This document shows, one piece after another, positions 61,169-64,000 of a stretch of 64,000 nucleotides of DNA. A program made the position numbers and the translations under genes. Position 1 is the first letter of the stretch. Each line of letters begins with the position of its first letter. The notes beneath the pieces were generated by a model. The model was not told the DNA's origin and searched no databases. It saw only the letters and a program-made list of their open reading frames with translations. This DNA comes from Lama glama (Eukaryota): NCBI GenBank assembly GCA_028534125.1, contig CM052846.1, positions 7,440,001 through 7,504,000 of the forward strand, in the 5' to 3' direction.

Positions 61169-61264
61169 GAAGATGTGCAAAAATATTAACCAATAAGCTC
61201 AAAGATGTGCAAAAATGTTAACCAATAAGCTCGAAGATGTGCAAAAATGTTAACCAATAAGCAC
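61169..61264. repeat. Minisatellite, 3 x 32 bp (RAAGATGTGCAAAAATRTTAACCAATAAGCWC)
   Basis: Units at 61169-61200, 61201-61232 and 61233-61264, differing by 2 nt pairwise. Confidence 0.97.
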
Positions 61265-63549
61265 ACTCAGGAATTAGAGTCGTTTCCCAAAAATGATTCA
61301 TTTAGTTTTCTTCCATGTCATATAGAACGTGCACTTGAGTGGACCATCACAATGTGCAAGTGTGCATTTGCTTGGAAATTCAAAAAGTCTTTTGATTGGC
61401 TTTTATTTGTGATTTACCTCAAGACATCCAACCAGAATTCAAGCCAACTTATGCCCTGTTCAGTGAGTCTTCTTGTAGACAGGTATAACAAGATAAATAA
61501 TACGTATAAAATAATCATATGTGTAAAAACAGACAAGTTCAGTCAAATTCCGTTGCTTACACTAATAGAGAGAAGTAACAGTTACCTTAAAAGCTAGACT
61601 AATAAAATACAATGGCTTGTTTTCTGCTTGGCTTTGAAAATGGAACATGTACACCTCTGAGAAATTGTTAAGATCCTTGAAGACCCTGAACGTGTCACAG
61701 AGGTCTTCTGTATCTCCTCAGAGGATCTACTGCAGCCTTGGAGACATGACAGACACTCCGTAAAATCTCGTCAACTTATATTGAGTATTCTACGTATTAA
61801 TAATAATTCAAAATAACATAGTGAAACCGGAGTGGAGGGGGCATGTTCTGTCATTCCGCATTCGACTTTCCCCCAAGGAACGAGCTGCTTTCCTCTCAGA
61901 CAGAAGCAAAGAACTCATTCAGGAGTGGAGCTGAAGGCTGTGGAGTTACTGTTGTTTATGTTTCCCTGGACAGAGGGGAACTTATGTTGTCTTCAAAGGC
62001 CTTTTCTTCCACCGTCCATGACAGCAAGCCAGCGCAGGAAGAAGCCGTCTTCCTAGTCGCACATTGTACAAATGGGAACCCAGAAGAAGGAACAGTCTGC
62101 CCAAGGTCACAGATTCAAACCTTCCCAGATATTTGTTAACCCGAACTTAATTTTGCCAACTTTCACCAAGTGGAGCTGTAGGTGATTTTCTTGGCCTCTT
62201 TTTCAGTTGAGGAGACTTCCTCCCCCCAGGATCCTGCCGTCCCATCCGTCGTCACCCCAATGCCCCTTCTCCATAAACAACTCTGCTTCCTTCTGTCACT
62301 TGCCAATGGCATTTTGTTTGCTCTCAGACAACACACTTGAACCTGCAGTCCAAGGTCTCAAGCTAAAGGACTAGACTGTTCAAACTGCTATATAAATTTC
62401 AGGGCCATTCCTGCATTTCTGTGTAGGCTTGCAGCCTCTGATACAGGGATACCTAGCTCCGGGCTTATAAGATTACTCTCAGGCCTCGGTAACACAAGGC
62501 AAGGCTTTGCTGTATGGTTATTTAGCTGATGCTGCGAGCAAGCTGAAACTTGTGAGGACAGACATAAGTGGAAACAACCCGAGGTCATATCTTGAACAGA
62601 ACCTCCAAGAAGACAGATTGCCTGTGGCTCCCAGAGCATCCTTCCCCCAGCCGCAGTGGGGCAGACTGAAAGTAGAAAAATGAGTCCCCTATGAGGGCCA
62701 TGTGAGGACGCAAAGATTTTTCAGAACTCAGCCCCACAGAGAGGAAATCTGCTTGATAATTATTCAGGTCCCTTTCCTTTAAACCTTGATCACCCTTGGC
62801 TCAGCGAGGTGCTGAAACTTATGCACCAGCGACAGGTGATTCTTACGTAAGAATGGAATCTCTGGTGTGATAAATTTGGTCTTGAGAAGCCTCTGCTTGG
62901 TCGCTGCAGATGGCAGTGTCATGATGGCAGAGTCAGAGAGCGGCGTCCTGCCGGGCTGTGGGCTGTCTGAAATGGCTACTCAGTTCAGAACTGTCTGAGC
63001 CAACTCCTTGAACGTCAAGGTCATGACCAAGGGGCTCGGCCCGACTGTAGGGTTGCCATTCATTCTAGCAACATTCTTTCCTAGTCCCTTAGACACTGCT
63101 GCTGACTCACCCCCACTCCAAAGTCCAAGGGGAATCAGGTAACCTGCGTCCTTTGTGAATATCTTTATAATTTGAGGGCTCTCTCTATCAAGACTGTGAG
63201 GGGGAAATCTGTGCTTGTGAAGAATTGCTTATACTGTAGAATTTGCATCAATCTGGTTGGTTTAGCCAAGGAGATATTTTTACCCACTACATCTCTGTCA
63301 GGTCCTGCCACTTTCAGGGCCCAGTTTCTCAGTCTTTGTTTCGAGGAGTCTGGAAATCCCCCCAAAATGCACGTACACACAAATTATAAACATACACGCC
63401 TCTTTCTAGGGAGAGCAGCTTTCATAAAGTTATTACAGAAGTCTGAGATCCAACAAGTGGTCAGAGTCACTCTTGTAAATGAAGGAAATGTTCTGAAGCA
63501 GCCCTCGGTCTCTTTCAGCCAGATTGATCAGAATTTGGCAACATAAGGC

Positions 63550-63785
63550 AAGCTCTGGAGTCAGATAGCCTTGATTCTGGCTTAGACCTTGGCTCTACAT
63601 TTCCTGACTGTGCGAGCTTAGACATCACACCTCTGTGTGCCTCACATTATCTAGAGGATGGATAAAATGGGGAAGACGTCACCTACTCCATTATACTGTT
63701 GTGGGAATTAAATGAGAATATCTCTATAAATCTTGTGGTGTCCTGGCCTTAATGTTTACTGCTCGATCAACAGCAGCTACCAGTG
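63550..63785 (+). mobile_element. MIR SINE
   Basis: 'gctctggagtcagatagcc...cctctgtgtgcctca...taaaatgggg...ttgtgggaattaaatgaga'. Confidence 0.8.
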
Positions 63786-64000
63786 GCAGGAGTCATATGG
63801 GACTTACGTCTTCAGAACATGTGGGGTGAGGCCATGTGTCTTCTCTCTTGCTGAATTTTAAAATTATCTCCTGCCTTTGTCTAATCATTGAGTCACTAGC
63901 TGCTATTTCATATTCTTCATAAGCTTCAACACGATTTACCCACCACTCTTTAAAAAAAATTTTTTTTTGAAAAAAGAAAATTGGGGGGTGGGGATGGGGA

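Noticed and set aside
61169-61264. 32-bp repeats as a CRISPR array
   Set aside because: Repeats are directly adjacent with no spacers, there are no cas genes, and the DNA is mammalian
2954-63895. Roughly 18 AP-1 heptamers (TGASTCA) across the window
   Set aside because: A common mammalian 7-mer, dispersed, with several inside MIR/L2; enrichment cannot be shown without a background model
1-64000. Inferring host-gene strand or identity from repeat orientation
   Set aside because: Three + strand L1s and one - strand LTR give conflicting hints with tiny numbers, and no exon is recognisable as a known gene

Overview
This window is non-coding mammalian genomic DNA (an intron of a large gene or intergenic sequence), almost certainly from a camelid (Camelus/Lama/Vicugna), because it carries the tRNA-derived camelid SINE at 21510-21634 with its diagnostic '...AAATAAxCCTAATTACCT' tail and a target-site duplication (TSD). 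I find no supportable protein-coding gene, RNA gene or CRISPR array. The ORF track consists of chance ORFs, ORFs that run across N gaps, and decayed L1/L2 remnants. The window is dense in ancient repeats: MIR, L2, L3, a MaLR LTR, MER5, MER53, MER81 and a Tigger1 derivative. It also holds three 5'-truncated L1s (two with TSDs), several microsatellites, a 3x32-bp minisatellite and five N runs. The best non-repeat signals are regulatory: two perfect and one near-perfect CTCF core motifs in a divergent-then-convergent arrangement, two identical 13/14 RFX X-boxes in opposite orientation, homeodomain/POU/MEIS motif clusters, and three candidate short + strand exons (one 63 nt and frame-preserving). 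Also notable are two MIR-in-MIR nested insertions and CpG-rich patches inside old repeats. I cannot identify the host gene and see no convincing evidence of a novel biological system. Repeat family calls come from my recall of consensus sequences, and their boundaries are approximate unless a TSD is given.
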